This document shows, one piece after another, positions 1 to 9,129 of a stretch of DNA of 48,122 nt. This stretch comes from a bacterium (GTDB lineage: Bacteria; Planctomycetota; Phycisphaerae; UBA1845). Made by a program: the position numbers and the translations under genes. The first letter of the stretch is position 1, and each line of letters opens with the position of its first letter. The stretch covers positions 1 to 48,122 of the forward strand of contig JAAEQG010001482.1 in NCBI GenBank assembly GCA_024231775.1. The letters are read 5' to 3'. The notes beneath the pieces are model-generated. The model did no database searches and had not been told where the DNA came from. It worked only from the letters and a program-made list of their open reading frames with translations.

Positions 1-1005
1 AGGCGTCGAAGCCAGGCTGTCCGTCCCAATGCAGACGTTGATGCCGGCAGAGAGCATCTCACCGAACCGGTGGGGCGCGTGTCCGAAGGCGGCGTGGGTG
101 CGCGGACAGTAGGCTACGTGTACGCCCGAACGAGCCAGACGGTCCAGATCAGCATCGCTGAGGTAGTTGACGTGGGCCAGCAGAGTTCGCGGAGAGAGAA
201 GACCAAGCAGGTCCGCGTACTCGACCGGAGCAAGCCCCGGAGTTTTGACCGAGTCGTTCCATACCCCGACCGAGCGCAAGAGATCGACCAGCGGTCCCCG
301 CCCGTGCTCGGTGCATAGCGTCTCTTCCGGCGACTCCGCCAAGTGCATGCACAGACGGGCCTTCTCCGCGGACGCCGCCTCCTTGCAGGCCCGCAGCGCC
401 CGGCGGTCGCAGGTGTAGGGTGCGTGCGGGGAGACCGCCGCATTGAGTCGATCGGAATCATGCGTCCGGTCCAAGGCGGCGTCGAGGCGCGGGCGAAGCT
501 TCTCGCGCAGCGCCCCAAGGGCAATCACCTCCCCGAACGACACCACGCGAAGGCGCCCAGCTCGGAGCACCGGTCGAGTAATGTCCGGGCGACGGGTGAT
601 GTCGCCGACGGTGGTTACCCCCGCCCGCAGGCTGAATGCGGCGCCCTCATTGGCAGCCGCAGCCAACCCCGATTCCTCGTCGGGCGCTGACCGCATCTCT
701 GCGAGCAACCTCCTCAGCCAGCCGGTAAACACCGAGTCGCCAACCTCAGCCGCCACGGGCACGACCGGCGTCACTTTCCCTTGCAGGTGGGATAGCTCCA
801 AATGGGTGTGGGCGTTCACGAATCCGGGAAGAAGAACCGCATCACCGCAATCGATGATGCTGCTCCCCCGCTCGTGAGGCTTGCTCGGGCGCACGTCCAC
901 TATGCGGGTCTCGTGGATCTCGACCAAGCCGTTGTCAATGACCGCTCGGCGGCTGAGGCCCCCGGCGCCTGCCACCGGAATCACGTGTTTCGCCTTGAGG
1001 ATCAT
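1..1005 (-). CDS. amidohydrolase-superfamily metal-dependent hydrolase/deaminase-like protein; 3' end runs off the left edge
   Basis: Absent from the ORF track because it is edge-truncated. My reverse translation from ATG 1005-1003 gives MILKAKHVIPVAGAGG..LLPGFVNAHTHLELSHL (HxH metal motif)..VSPHAPYTC..CMHLAESPEE..LLAHVNYL..NVCIGTDSLAS. The frame is open to position 1. Its ATG overlaps the stop of the upstream GNAT gene (ATGA). Confidence 0.75.
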   Translation of the reverse strand, partial: MILKAKHVIPVAGAGGLSRRAVIDNGLVEIHETRIVDVRPSKPHERGSSIIDCGDAVLLPGFVNAHTHLELSHLQGKVTPVVPVAAEVGDSVFTGWLRRLLAEMRSAPDEESGLAAAANEGAAFSLRAGVTTVGDITRRPDITRPVLRAGRLRVVSFGEVIALGALREKLRPRLDAALDRTHDSDRLNAAVSPHAPYTCDRRALRACKEAASAEKARLCMHLAESPEETLCTEHGRGPLVDLLRSVGVWNDSVKTPGLAPVEYADLLGLLSPRTLLAHVNYLSDADLDRLARSGVHVAYCPRTHAAFGHAPHRFGEMLSAGINVCIGTDSLASTP

Positions 1006-1802
1006 CCGTGCGTCTGCTCCGGAGCCACGGTGTCGGGATGCCAATACTGGACTGTTTCGCCATCAGCGACGAACCCGGCTCGCTCGACCCAGCGTCTGGC
1101 TGGTGGGTCGTCAGCATCGACCTCCAGGCAGATCGTGCGGGCCATCGTCCGACGAGCGATGCTCAGCAAGTGCAGCAGGATCGCCGTGCCGATGCCGCGC
1201 CGGCGGTGCTCCACCGACACATACAGATCGATCACCCTCCCGATGTCGCCGTGGTGCAACAGCGCTCCCCGACCGACCGGCTTGCCATCCAATAGCGCCA
1301 CGGATGCGTCATAACGGGCGTCGTCCAAGCGTTCCAGCCCGGCAGCCGCGGCGAGGGCCATGTGCTCCGAGGTGCAAGTTGCGGCGGGATTGAAGAACGT
1401 CTGCTCGTACAGGGCTCGCGTAGCCCGCGCCGGCAGGACCTTCACCTCCGGCCGGGCGGACAAGACCGGCCAGTCCGCCAGACCGCAGGCCAGCGCACGA
1501 CGCCGTTGGTATCCCTTCTCAAAGAGAAACTGCCCCATGGACTCCGACGGTCGATCGGGCGCCGCGCTCCAGCGTAGGCACTTCGTTCCGCGAGCCGCAA
1601 AATGAGCTTCGACCTCCGGGTACGCACGGCGAACCTCGTCGTCGTTCGCCACCGTGAATGCGCACAGTTGGTTGGATTCCGGCAAGCCCGCAAACTCGGC
1701 TGAACTGTACGCCGTCCCCCATTCGAGCAAGTCCGCCCGGGCCACTTGTTGGACGTAAGCCTCATTCGTGCGAGACACTGCCCCAAGAATGGTCGCACCC
1801 AT
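1002..1802 (-). CDS. GNAT-family N-acetyltransferase
   Basis: 266-aa ORF. The C-terminal half carries the acetyl-CoA binding signature VSVEHRRRGIGTAILLHLL followed by ..RWVERAGFV, typical of the GNAT fold. Confidence 0.8.
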   Translation of the reverse strand: MGATILGAVSRTNEAYVQQVARADLLEWGTAYSSAEFAGLPESNQLCAFTVANDDEVRRAYPEVEAHFAARGTKCLRWSAAPDRPSESMGQFLFEKGYQRRRALACGLADWPVLSARPEVKVLPARATRALYEQTFFNPAATCTSEHMALAAAAGLERLDDARYDASVALLDGKPVGRGALLHHGDIGRVIDLYVSVEHRRRGIGTAILLHLLSIARRTMARTICLEVDADDPPARRWVERAGFVADGETVQYWHPDTVAPEQTHG

Positions 1803-2030
1803 GTCTGGCCTCGAATCCAGTTAGGGTGCCCCGTCCCTTCTGTAAGCAAGAGTGGAGCACCCGCGCGTCCGCGCCTTCCGTCGTGTCATGGCACGTTCCC
1901 CGATGATAACCCACGGACCGCGCCAGGGACACCACGAACCCCCGAGTGTTCACGACTTCGGCTAATCAGCGTGCCCGGGACCTAACCGGCGTCTCCGCAT
2001 TCGGCCCGATTGTCGCTATACTGACTTACG

Positions 2031-3176
2031 ATGGAGAACGTCCTGGAATACGCATTGTGGGTCGGAGCTGGGCTGTGGATGGTGTTCCTGGTCTTGTTCG
2101 TGGTCAACTGGCTGGCGATCCCGGAACTGAGTCGCGTGCCTGGTTCTCCCCCCGCACACTGGCCGCATGTCTCCATCGTGGTGCCCGCCCGCGACGAAGC
2201 CGACGGAATCCGCCGGGCGGTGAGTTCTTTCTGCCGACAGGACTACCCGTCCTTCGAGGTCATCGTGGTGGACGATCGCTCCACCGACGCGACGCCGCAG
2301 ATTCTCGCGGAGTTGAAGGAGCAGTTTCAGAATCTGAAAGTCGTGCCCGGCAGCGATCCCCCGGAGGGTTGGCTGGGCAAGCCGTTCGCCCTGCAATTGG
2401 GCTCCCAGCACGCTCGCGGTGATTGGCTGCTGTTCGTGGATGCCGACATAGAGTACGCCCCGGACCTGCTCCGCCGTGCGTTACCCTATGTTCTCGAACG
2501 TGACGTTGGCATGCTCTTTCTGTTTCCCCGATTGCTGACCGGCGAGTGGCTCGAGGCGGTCATCATGTCGACCCTCTATCTGGGGCCCTTCGCCATCTTC
2601 CCGACGTTCCTGATCAGTCGCACCCGCAGTGGGTTGCTCGCTCTCGGGGGCGGGATGTTCAATCTCGTTCGGCGGGACGCCTTTGAAGCCAGTGGAGCGT
2701 TCGAGTCGCTGCGTAACGCGGTGGTGGACGACGTGGGCATGGGCCGCGTCGTAAAACAGGCAGGCTTCAAACAGGCCGTCGCCCTGGCGGGTCCGCTGAT
2801 CCGGGTGCGCATGTACGCGGGCGCTCGAGCGACCATCGACGGGTTCTCCAAGAACGCGTACCCGATGTTCCGCCGGCACTGGTGGCTGCTGCCGATTCCG
2901 CTGTCGCTGGGTCTGGTGGTAAGTGTCGTGCCATACGTCGGCCTGACCGCTGGGATCATCGCGGGCACGCTCAGCACCCCGGCAATGATTTCCCTGGGGT
3001 GCATGCACGTGATTCTGGCGGGCCTGGCGTGGCGTCTTCGTCAGCCCTGGTACGTCGCCCTGCTCAACCCGGTGCGCGAGCTGTGTTGGTGGTGGATCCT
3101 GTTGCGCTCCGCAGTGCGCTACTTCCGGTACGGTTTGTTGTGGCGCGGTCGAAGCTATGGTTCCGACATCTCATAG
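2031..3176 (+). CDS. family 2 glycosyltransferase, membrane-anchored
   Basis: 381 aa. An N-terminal TM helix is followed by VSIVVPARDEADGI..YPSFEVIVVDDRSTDAT and a DxD-like FVDADIEY. Several C-terminal hydrophobic helices follow. Confidence 0.85.
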   Translation: MENVLEYALWVGAGLWMVFLVLFVVNWLAIPELSRVPGSPPAHWPHVSIVVPARDEADGIRRAVSSFCRQDYPSFEVIVVDDRSTDATPQILAELKEQFQNLKVVPGSDPPEGWLGKPFALQLGSQHARGDWLLFVDADIEYAPDLLRRALPYVLERDVGMLFLFPRLLTGEWLEAVIMSTLYLGPFAIFPTFLISRTRSGLLALGGGMFNLVRRDAFEASGAFESLRNAVVDDVGMGRVVKQAGFKQAVALAGPLIRVRMYAGARATIDGFSKNAYPMFRRHWWLLPIPLSLGLVVSVVPYVGLTAGIIAGTLSTPAMISLGCMHVILAGLAWRLRQPWYVALLNPVRELCWWWILLRSAVRYFRYGLLWRGRSYGSDIS

Positions 3177-3200
3177 ACATGAAAGCCGGCAGCAGCGTCC

Positions 3201-4451
3201 TCAGCCACGAGTGCGTCCTCGCTCCCACCAACGCACCAGGACAACTGCGGCGAGGACCGCCAACATGGGCATCGCCCCCAGGCGATAGCGAACGCTGCCG
3301 ACAAAGACCATGTGCAACGCACTGAGGTACAACGCCGGTAGAAGCAGGAACACGACAGCCCCAAGCCCTCCCGCAGTTCGATCTCTGGCTAGCACCACTG
3401 CACCCGCAAGCGCCAACAGCAGCAGCGGTATCATCCAGGCAGCACTGACCACCCGCACCATCGCCGATTGATACTCCGCCGCATTGGGTACGGGGTTCCA
3501 CATGCGGCCGAACTTCCGCACCGCCAACTGTACGACGCGGAATGGATCGGCCCGCACTTCCGCCCAGGCGGCGTTCAGGAAGTACCGGTTGTACTCCAGC
3601 TCGGTCAGCTCGCGAACGGCGTCCTGCCGCTTCACGTCGCCGAGATCGCTTGCCCCGGTCGCCTGCGGGCCAACGCCGTCGTACAGCGATATCCCCGCAC
3701 GAGTCGTCAACCAACACCAGTCCCCCAGCACCTGGTGATTCCGCAGCGCCCACGGAAAAAGCCCTGCCAACAAGACCCCGCCGACCACGGCTACGCCCAG
3801 CCAACTGTTACGCTCGAAGCGCCGCCGGATCAGGTGGACGACCAGCACGGCGCCGATCAACCCCAGCGTCGACTCCCGCGCATACACGCAAGCCAGACCC
3901 AGCAAGCCCACCAGAATCCACTGGCGCCACGTCGGCCCGCGCGGCTCAACCGCGAAACGAGCAACGTAGCTCCACCACGCCACCAGAACCGTCAGAAACA
4001 GCGTCTCGGTGAGGACCAGGTTGCTGAAGAAGATCAGAAAAGGATCCACCGCGAACGCCAGACCGACTAATACGCCCACCCCACGCCCGCCGAACCGTGA
4101 ACCCAGTATCGCGGCAAACACCGCCCCCAGCCCCCCGATGAGCCACTGAGCAACCTTGACCGCAGCCACCCCCCACGAACATCCCACGACCAGCGAAAGA
4201 CCCGCGGGATAGAGCGGCATCCGCCCGGCGCGGAAACCCAACTCATCGGTCAGGCCCCGCCCCTCGTGCAAAGACGTCGCCATCAGCCAGTACTGTTGTT
4301 CATCCGGAAACTCCAGCGCCGCAGAACCCGACGCGCTCATGCGGTACAGCCCCCATCCTGCCCGAGCCCCCAACGCCACCAGGAACACGAAGAGCAGCAT
4401 CCGCGCGGTGATCCGCCCAGCCTCATTCTCCCTGGAGTCAAGCACGGGCAT
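3201..4451 (-). CDS. GT39/ArnT-like polytopic membrane glycosyltransferase
   Basis: 416 aa and highly hydrophobic with many helices. The first-loop motif FPDEQQYWLMATSLHEGRG resembles the DE-containing loop of PMT/ArnT-type lipid-linked sugar transferases. Confidence 0.7.
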   Translation of the reverse strand: MPVLDSRENEAGRITARMLLFVFLVALGARAGWGLYRMSASGSAALEFPDEQQYWLMATSLHEGRGLTDELGFRAGRMPLYPAGLSLVVGCSWGVAAVKVAQWLIGGLGAVFAAILGSRFGGRGVGVLVGLAFAVDPFLIFFSNLVLTETLFLTVLVAWWSYVARFAVEPRGPTWRQWILVGLLGLACVYARESTLGLIGAVLVVHLIRRRFERNSWLGVAVVGGVLLAGLFPWALRNHQVLGDWCWLTTRAGISLYDGVGPQATGASDLGDVKRQDAVRELTELEYNRYFLNAAWAEVRADPFRVVQLAVRKFGRMWNPVPNAAEYQSAMVRVVSAAWMIPLLLLALAGAVVLARDRTAGGLGAVVFLLLPALYLSALHMVFVGSVRYRLGAMPMLAVLAAVVLVRWWERGRTRG

Positions 4452-4525
4452 ACCTCACCGCCTCCTGGATCAACCTGAAGTCGATCGGTCCAGACACCTG
4501 TCCCGCCAACGCCGCGAATCTCCGC

Positions 4526-5974
4526 TCACCGAAGCCACCGCAAGCGAACCTGGAGCACTCGGCGAGTCTGGCGAGTCAACTTGGCCCGCTCGTCAATGCG
4601 ATGACCGATCAACCACACCGGCCCCAACGAATCACACAATAACGCCAACCGGGCGCGCTCCGCGGGATCAACTTTCGCGTCGATCAGAAACTCGGACACC
4701 TTCTTGGAACCCGGCGCCCCCAGCGGCCAGAAGCGGTCTCCTGGGCGGCGATGGCGCACGATCAGCGGTAGATGCACGGCGTCGGCGTCGAACCACTCTT
4801 CCTGAGGATGCGCGGCGTGCATGGCGTCAGCCGCCCCGCCCGCGGGAAGCTCGGCGTATGTACAGGTAAGCTCGACCCCGTGACGCGGCATCGCGGTCCG
4901 CCCGGGGATGCGCACGACGATCTCGCTGGCCAGCGTCTCGCGCGGTTCGTCGGTGGGCACGGCGAAGATCAAGCGGTTGTAGATCTTCGATACGATCATC
5001 CCGCCAGGCAGGTGTAGCTGCTTGCCGCTGGCTGGATCGGAGAGCAGGTCCACCACCGCACTCAAGTGGGTAAAACTGACGTCCTGCTCGCCCAGTTCGA
5101 AAGCGGCGATCGCCCGGCGCACCAGCTCCGCCTGCATGATACGACTCTTGCGCGACAGTGCCCCGGCGTTCAAAGCCAACGCCTGATCGGTATGCTCGAT
5201 CACCAGCGGATCAAACGCCGACTGCGCCGTCCGGTCCACATACTCATTGACCCAGCGGGCCTGCTCCGACAAGCGTAGCAGCGCATCGCGCACCTGCGGA
5301 TTCACCCGTTCCGCCAGCAGAGGGAGAATCTCGTGCCGCAACCGGTTGCGCATGGGCTCGCTGCCGGAGTTAGTGGCGTCCTCCCGAAAGGGCACAGCTT
5401 CGGCGGCGTTGAACTCCAGAATCGCCCGACGGCCATGCCGCAACAAGGGTCGCACCAGGCGAACCAAACTTCCCGAGCTTAGCGGGCGAGAACGGGGGAT
5501 TCCCGCCAGACCGCGTAGCCCCGTACCCCGGAGCATGCGCTGGAGCACCGTCTCCGCATTGTCGTCCGCCTGATGCCCCAAGGCGACGTACTCGGCACCG
5601 GTCCGGGGACATAACCGTTCAAAAAAAGCGTAACGCGCGGCGCGACCAGCCTCCTCCACGGAGATGCCGCGCTGCCGAGCACTCGCCGCCACGTCCACCG
5701 ACTCTATCGTGCAGGGCAGCCCCAACCCATCCGCCGCAGCTTGCACAAACGCCGCGTCCGCGTCGGCCTCCTCGCGACGAAGCTGGTGATTCAGGTGGGC
5801 GATGTGCAGATCGAGTGCGTAGGACGGACGTCGATTCAGCCCCACGAGAGCGTGCAGCAGACACATGGAGTCCGCCCCCCCCGACACGCCCACGATCATG
5901 CGTGCGTTTGCAGGGAACAGCTCTTCTGCGCCAATCTCCTCCTCGATCGCTTTGAGCAGACCAGCCCCTGACAT
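4526..5974 (-). CDS. tilS: tRNA(Ile)-lysidine synthetase
   Basis: PP-loop motif VGVSGGADSMCLLHAL, then HLNHQLR and a TilS-type C-terminal domain. I moved the start to ATG 5974 (MSGAGLLKAIEEE). The track's extra 128 N-terminal codons are Arg/Gly-rich and overlap ychF on the other strand. Confidence 0.85.
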   Translation of the reverse strand: MSGAGLLKAIEEEIGAEELFPANARMIVGVSGGADSMCLLHALVGLNRRPSYALDLHIAHLNHQLRREEADADAAFVQAAADGLGLPCTIESVDVAASARQRGISVEEAGRAARYAFFERLCPRTGAEYVALGHQADDNAETVLQRMLRGTGLRGLAGIPRSRPLSSGSLVRLVRPLLRHGRRAILEFNAAEAVPFREDATNSGSEPMRNRLRHEILPLLAERVNPQVRDALLRLSEQARWVNEYVDRTAQSAFDPLVIEHTDQALALNAGALSRKSRIMQAELVRRAIAAFELGEQDVSFTHLSAVVDLLSDPASGKQLHLPGGMIVSKIYNRLIFAVPTDEPRETLASEIVVRIPGRTAMPRHGVELTCTYAELPAGGAADAMHAAHPQEEWFDADAVHLPLIVRHRRPGDRFWPLGAPGSKKVSEFLIDAKVDPAERARLALLCDSLGPVWLIGHRIDERAKLTRQTRRVLQVRLRWLR

Positions 5975-6181
5975 GAGCACTCCGCCTTGCACGCCACCGT
6001 CGACCCACAGCCGAATCCCATTGTACCGTCGCCCCGTCGGGTCGGTAGCCTCCCGCCTTGCACGACAGGAAACCGCTCGTAGAATCGATCGATTCCGTCG
6101 TCCAGCCGCTGTGGCTGAAACGGCTCGGCCCGGCGGTGACGAGGGCTGGGGCTTGGTCAACGCACCAGAGGTAGTGACATC

Positions 6182-7246
6182 ATGCGTGCCGCCATCATCG
6201 GTCTGCCTCAATCCGGAAAGACAACGCTGTACACCGCGGTAACCGGCCAACAGGTCGATGCCGGCGAGATGACCCACGAACACGTCGGGGTGGTCCAGGT
6301 GGCTGACGAGCGTCTGGACTATCTGACCACACTCTACAAACCCAAGAAGACAACCCACGCCACCATCGAGTTCGTGGACGTGCCCGGGTTTTCATTGGAG
6401 GACCGCCACGGGGTGGAAGAGTTCAAGCGTCACCTCCCCGCCGTCCGCCAAGCCGATGTGCTGGTCAGCGTGATCCGCGACTTCGAGAGCAACACCGTCC
6501 CTCCGTACCGAAACCGCGTGGACCCCTCCGCCGACCTCACCGAGCTGTGGGAGGAGTTTGTCTACGCCGACCTCGACGCGGTGACCACGCGGATCGACCG
6601 GATCGAAAAGGCGTTGAAGAAGCCCTCGGGATCACACGACGCCGAAAAACGCGAGCTTCTCGCCCTCCAGCGCTGTCAAGAAGCCCTGGAGAAGTCTCAA
6701 GCCATCTCGACTGTGCTCACCTCGGAGGATGAGCGCAAGACGTTGGCCAGCTTTGCCTTTCTCACCGAGACGCCCTGGGTCGTGGTCTACAACGTAAGCG
6801 AGGATCATGCATCCGACGCAGCTCCGGAGGTCCCCGAACACGCCCACGCCGCCATCGCCCTCTGCGCCGAGACCGAAGCCGAAATCGCCCAACTGAGCGA
6901 GGCGGACCGGCCGGCGTTCCTCGAAGATTTGGGCGTGACCGAGCCGGCGCGGGACCGCCTGCTGCACTCGTGCTTTGCGGCTGCCGGACTGATAACCTTC
7001 TTCACCGTCGGCGACAGGGAAGCCCGAGCCTGGACCATCCGCGCCGGATCGTCCGCCCTGGACGTAGCCGGCAACATTCATACGGACTTGGCCCGCGGTT
7101 TCATCCGCGCCGAGACCGTCGCCCTGAGCGACCTCCGCGCCGCCGGCAACATGCGCTCCGCCAAAGCAGACGGCAAAGTCCGCCAGGAGGGCAAAACCTA
7201 CATTGTCCAAGAAGGCGACGTCATCCTCATCCGCTTCAACGTCTGA
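6182..7246 (+). CDS. ychF: ribosome-binding ATPase YchF
   Basis: Walker A in MRAAIIGLPQSGKTTLY, a coiled-coil insert, and the C-terminal TGS-like end GKTYIVQEGDVILIRFNV. 354 aa. Confidence 0.9.
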   Translation: MRAAIIGLPQSGKTTLYTAVTGQQVDAGEMTHEHVGVVQVADERLDYLTTLYKPKKTTHATIEFVDVPGFSLEDRHGVEEFKRHLPAVRQADVLVSVIRDFESNTVPPYRNRVDPSADLTELWEEFVYADLDAVTTRIDRIEKALKKPSGSHDAEKRELLALQRCQEALEKSQAISTVLTSEDERKTLASFAFLTETPWVVVYNVSEDHASDAAPEVPEHAHAAIALCAETEAEIAQLSEADRPAFLEDLGVTEPARDRLLHSCFAAAGLITFFTVGDREARAWTIRAGSSALDVAGNIHTDLARGFIRAETVALSDLRAAGNMRSAKADGKVRQEGKTYIVQEGDVILIRFNV

Positions 7247-7300
7247 CCAAACGCGGGGTCAGATTGGCCAGACACTGAATCTGTGCGTAGGGCTCGGATA

Positions 7301-8455
7301 ATGGTATCGCACGACATCCCACCAGCACTGGCTGAGCGACTCGAGAAGTCCACAGACACGCTCGAGCGGCACAAATCACACCCCGATGTGTCGCTGGACA
7401 TGTATGCGCGGGGCCAACGCCACAACGTCGGATTGAGAGCTCTGAGCCGCCACAGGATCTACTTGGATCAGCGCTACTGGATTCATTGCCGCGATGCCTT
7501 CCTCGGGAGACCCACGAACCCGCAGCATACAAGAATCTGGCGGGGGCTGTGCAACGCCGTCAAGGCCGGGAGACTATGGTGTCCCGCATTCGGGTCGGTT
7601 CTTGCCGAAACGATGAAGCAGAAGGACCTAGACTCGCGCCGAGCGACAGCCTGCGTCGTCGATCAGCTGAGCGGTGGCCTCGCGCTGCAGCCGCCAATTG
7701 ACCGCGGCATACGGGAGATCTCCCATTACACCTGGACCAAGCTCCTCGGTGATACCACGCTCGGCCCCGCGGAACACTATGTATGGGTGCGGGTCGGCCA
7801 CATAATGGGCGAACTGTTCCCAATGGAGACCGCATTCCCACCAGACTTGGAACTGGCTATGCAGAAAACCATGTACGATCTTCAGGCAACACAATCGCTG
7901 GAAGACTTCGTGCGTCTCGTAGATTCAGCGCCGTATCCGGCGGATGACGACCGCTTGTTCCAGGCTGTCCAGAACTTGATGTGCGATGTACACAGACAGG
8001 AGTCTTCGGATTACGAAGACGCGCGATCCATCGAGTTGAGAGGCGTTGCCGGCCTCTGGATGTCTGAACTCCATGGCTTCGCTGAAGACCTCTTCCGAAA
8101 GGGTAAGCGCGTCGAACTCGACGGGGCGCCGACGACGCCCCGCGAGCTTGCTCTGAACCTCATGGCAATCGTAGTGGCCGGCCTGAGAATGGGAAGAATC
8201 CAAACGGAGCTTCCATGCCTGCATGTTCAGACGGGCATTCATGCAGCGATGCGCTTCAAGCGGCAGAAGTTTCAGAAGGGCGATACGCACGACTTTCAGC
8301 ACGCCGCTGCCGCCTTACCATACTGTAACGCCCTCTTCACCGAGAGGCGATTGGGCAATCTGCTGACCAGGGAGCCTCTCTGGTATGATGAGTTGTACGA
8401 CTGCAGGGTGTTATGGAGGGAGCAAGACGTGATCGAGCATATCGAGAACCTGTGA
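7301..8455 (+). CDS. hypothetical protein (orphan; visibly more A/T-rich than its neighbours)
   Basis: Long clean ORF with no competing frame. The track start at 7283 is GTG; the first ATG is 7301 (MVSHDIPP). I recognise no domain with confidence. It uses rare codons (aga, ata, tta) that are uncommon elsewhere in the window. Confidence 0.5.
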   Translation: MVSHDIPPALAERLEKSTDTLERHKSHPDVSLDMYARGQRHNVGLRALSRHRIYLDQRYWIHCRDAFLGRPTNPQHTRIWRGLCNAVKAGRLWCPAFGSVLAETMKQKDLDSRRATACVVDQLSGGLALQPPIDRGIREISHYTWTKLLGDTTLGPAEHYVWVRVGHIMGELFPMETAFPPDLELAMQKTMYDLQATQSLEDFVRLVDSAPYPADDDRLFQAVQNLMCDVHRQESSDYEDARSIELRGVAGLWMSELHGFAEDLFRKGKRVELDGAPTTPRELALNLMAIVVAGLRMGRIQTELPCLHVQTGIHAAMRFKRQKFQKGDTHDFQHAAAALPYCNALFTERRLGNLLTREPLWYDELYDCRVLWREQDVIEHIENL

Positions 8456-8654
8456 TCCACACACAACTTAGGCGACAGTTGACTCCGCTGGGCACGAGCG
8501 TTGCCTGCGTAGCGAGTCCGTGCCAATCGCAGCCCAACTGGCGCCGCGGTGACGGTCCCGAGCATGGCACTGGCCCCTGACCCACACGCGCTCTTGCCTA
8601 CCGCGCCCGGTCTGCTACCGTACCCGAACACAACATCGCAACGGAGCAACAACC

Positions 8655-8966
8655 ATGGCCCTGTTACTCGAATTCTCGATGTCGCCCTTCGACAAAGGCG
8701 AGAGCCTCAGCAAGTACGTCGCCCGCAGCCTGGAGATCATCGATCAGTCCGGGGTGCCCTATCGGTTGAACCCGATGGGGACCGTCCTCGAGGGGGAGTG
8801 GGACGAGTGCATGGAGGTGGTCCGCAAGTGCTACGAGCGGATGGCCCAGGATTGCAGCCGCATCAGCGTGTCGATCAAGATCGACGCCCGCCAGGGGCGG
8901 AGCGGACGCCTCGAATCCAAAATCGCCAAGGTCGAGCGAATCGTCGGTAAGAACCTGTCCAAGTAG
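8655..8966 (+). CDS. MTH1187/YkoF-family thiamine-binding protein (DUF77)
   Basis: 103 aa. MALLLEFSMSPFDKGESLSKYVA..GVPYRLNPMGTVLEGEWDE..ISVSIKIDAR matches the family's characteristic beta-alpha-beta pattern and size. Confidence 0.8.
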   Translation: MALLLEFSMSPFDKGESLSKYVARSLEIIDQSGVPYRLNPMGTVLEGEWDECMEVVRKCYERMAQDCSRISVSIKIDARQGRSGRLESKIAKVERIVGKNLSK

Positions 8967-9129
8967 GGCGAAACGTGTACGCAACCGGCGGTCCGCTGCT
9001 GGATGGTCAATGACACACCGATGGCGGGTGCGCGCTTGCCTTACGTGACGACACCGGCTACGTACGCTATAAACTCTCCCGGTGGTGAGACCCGGTGAGA
9101 GCGTGTGGAATGCCAAGGGGGATCCAATC

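Noticed and set aside
5975-6358. N-terminal 128-codon extension of the tilS ORF in the track (610 aa), overlapping ychF
   Set aside because: The extension is Arg/Gly/Pro-rich with no homology signal, and it overlaps the well-supported ychF start on the opposite strand. TilS homologues begin close to the PP-loop, and ATG 5974 gives a normal 482-aa protein.
8456-8654. Possible TPP (THI-box) riboswitch upstream of the thiamine-binding-protein gene
   Set aside because: I could not find the conserved CUGAGA and ACCUGAUCUGGAUAAUGCCAGCG-like elements, or a convincing junction structure. Only a 6-bp GGCACG/CGTGCC stem with a large loop is present.
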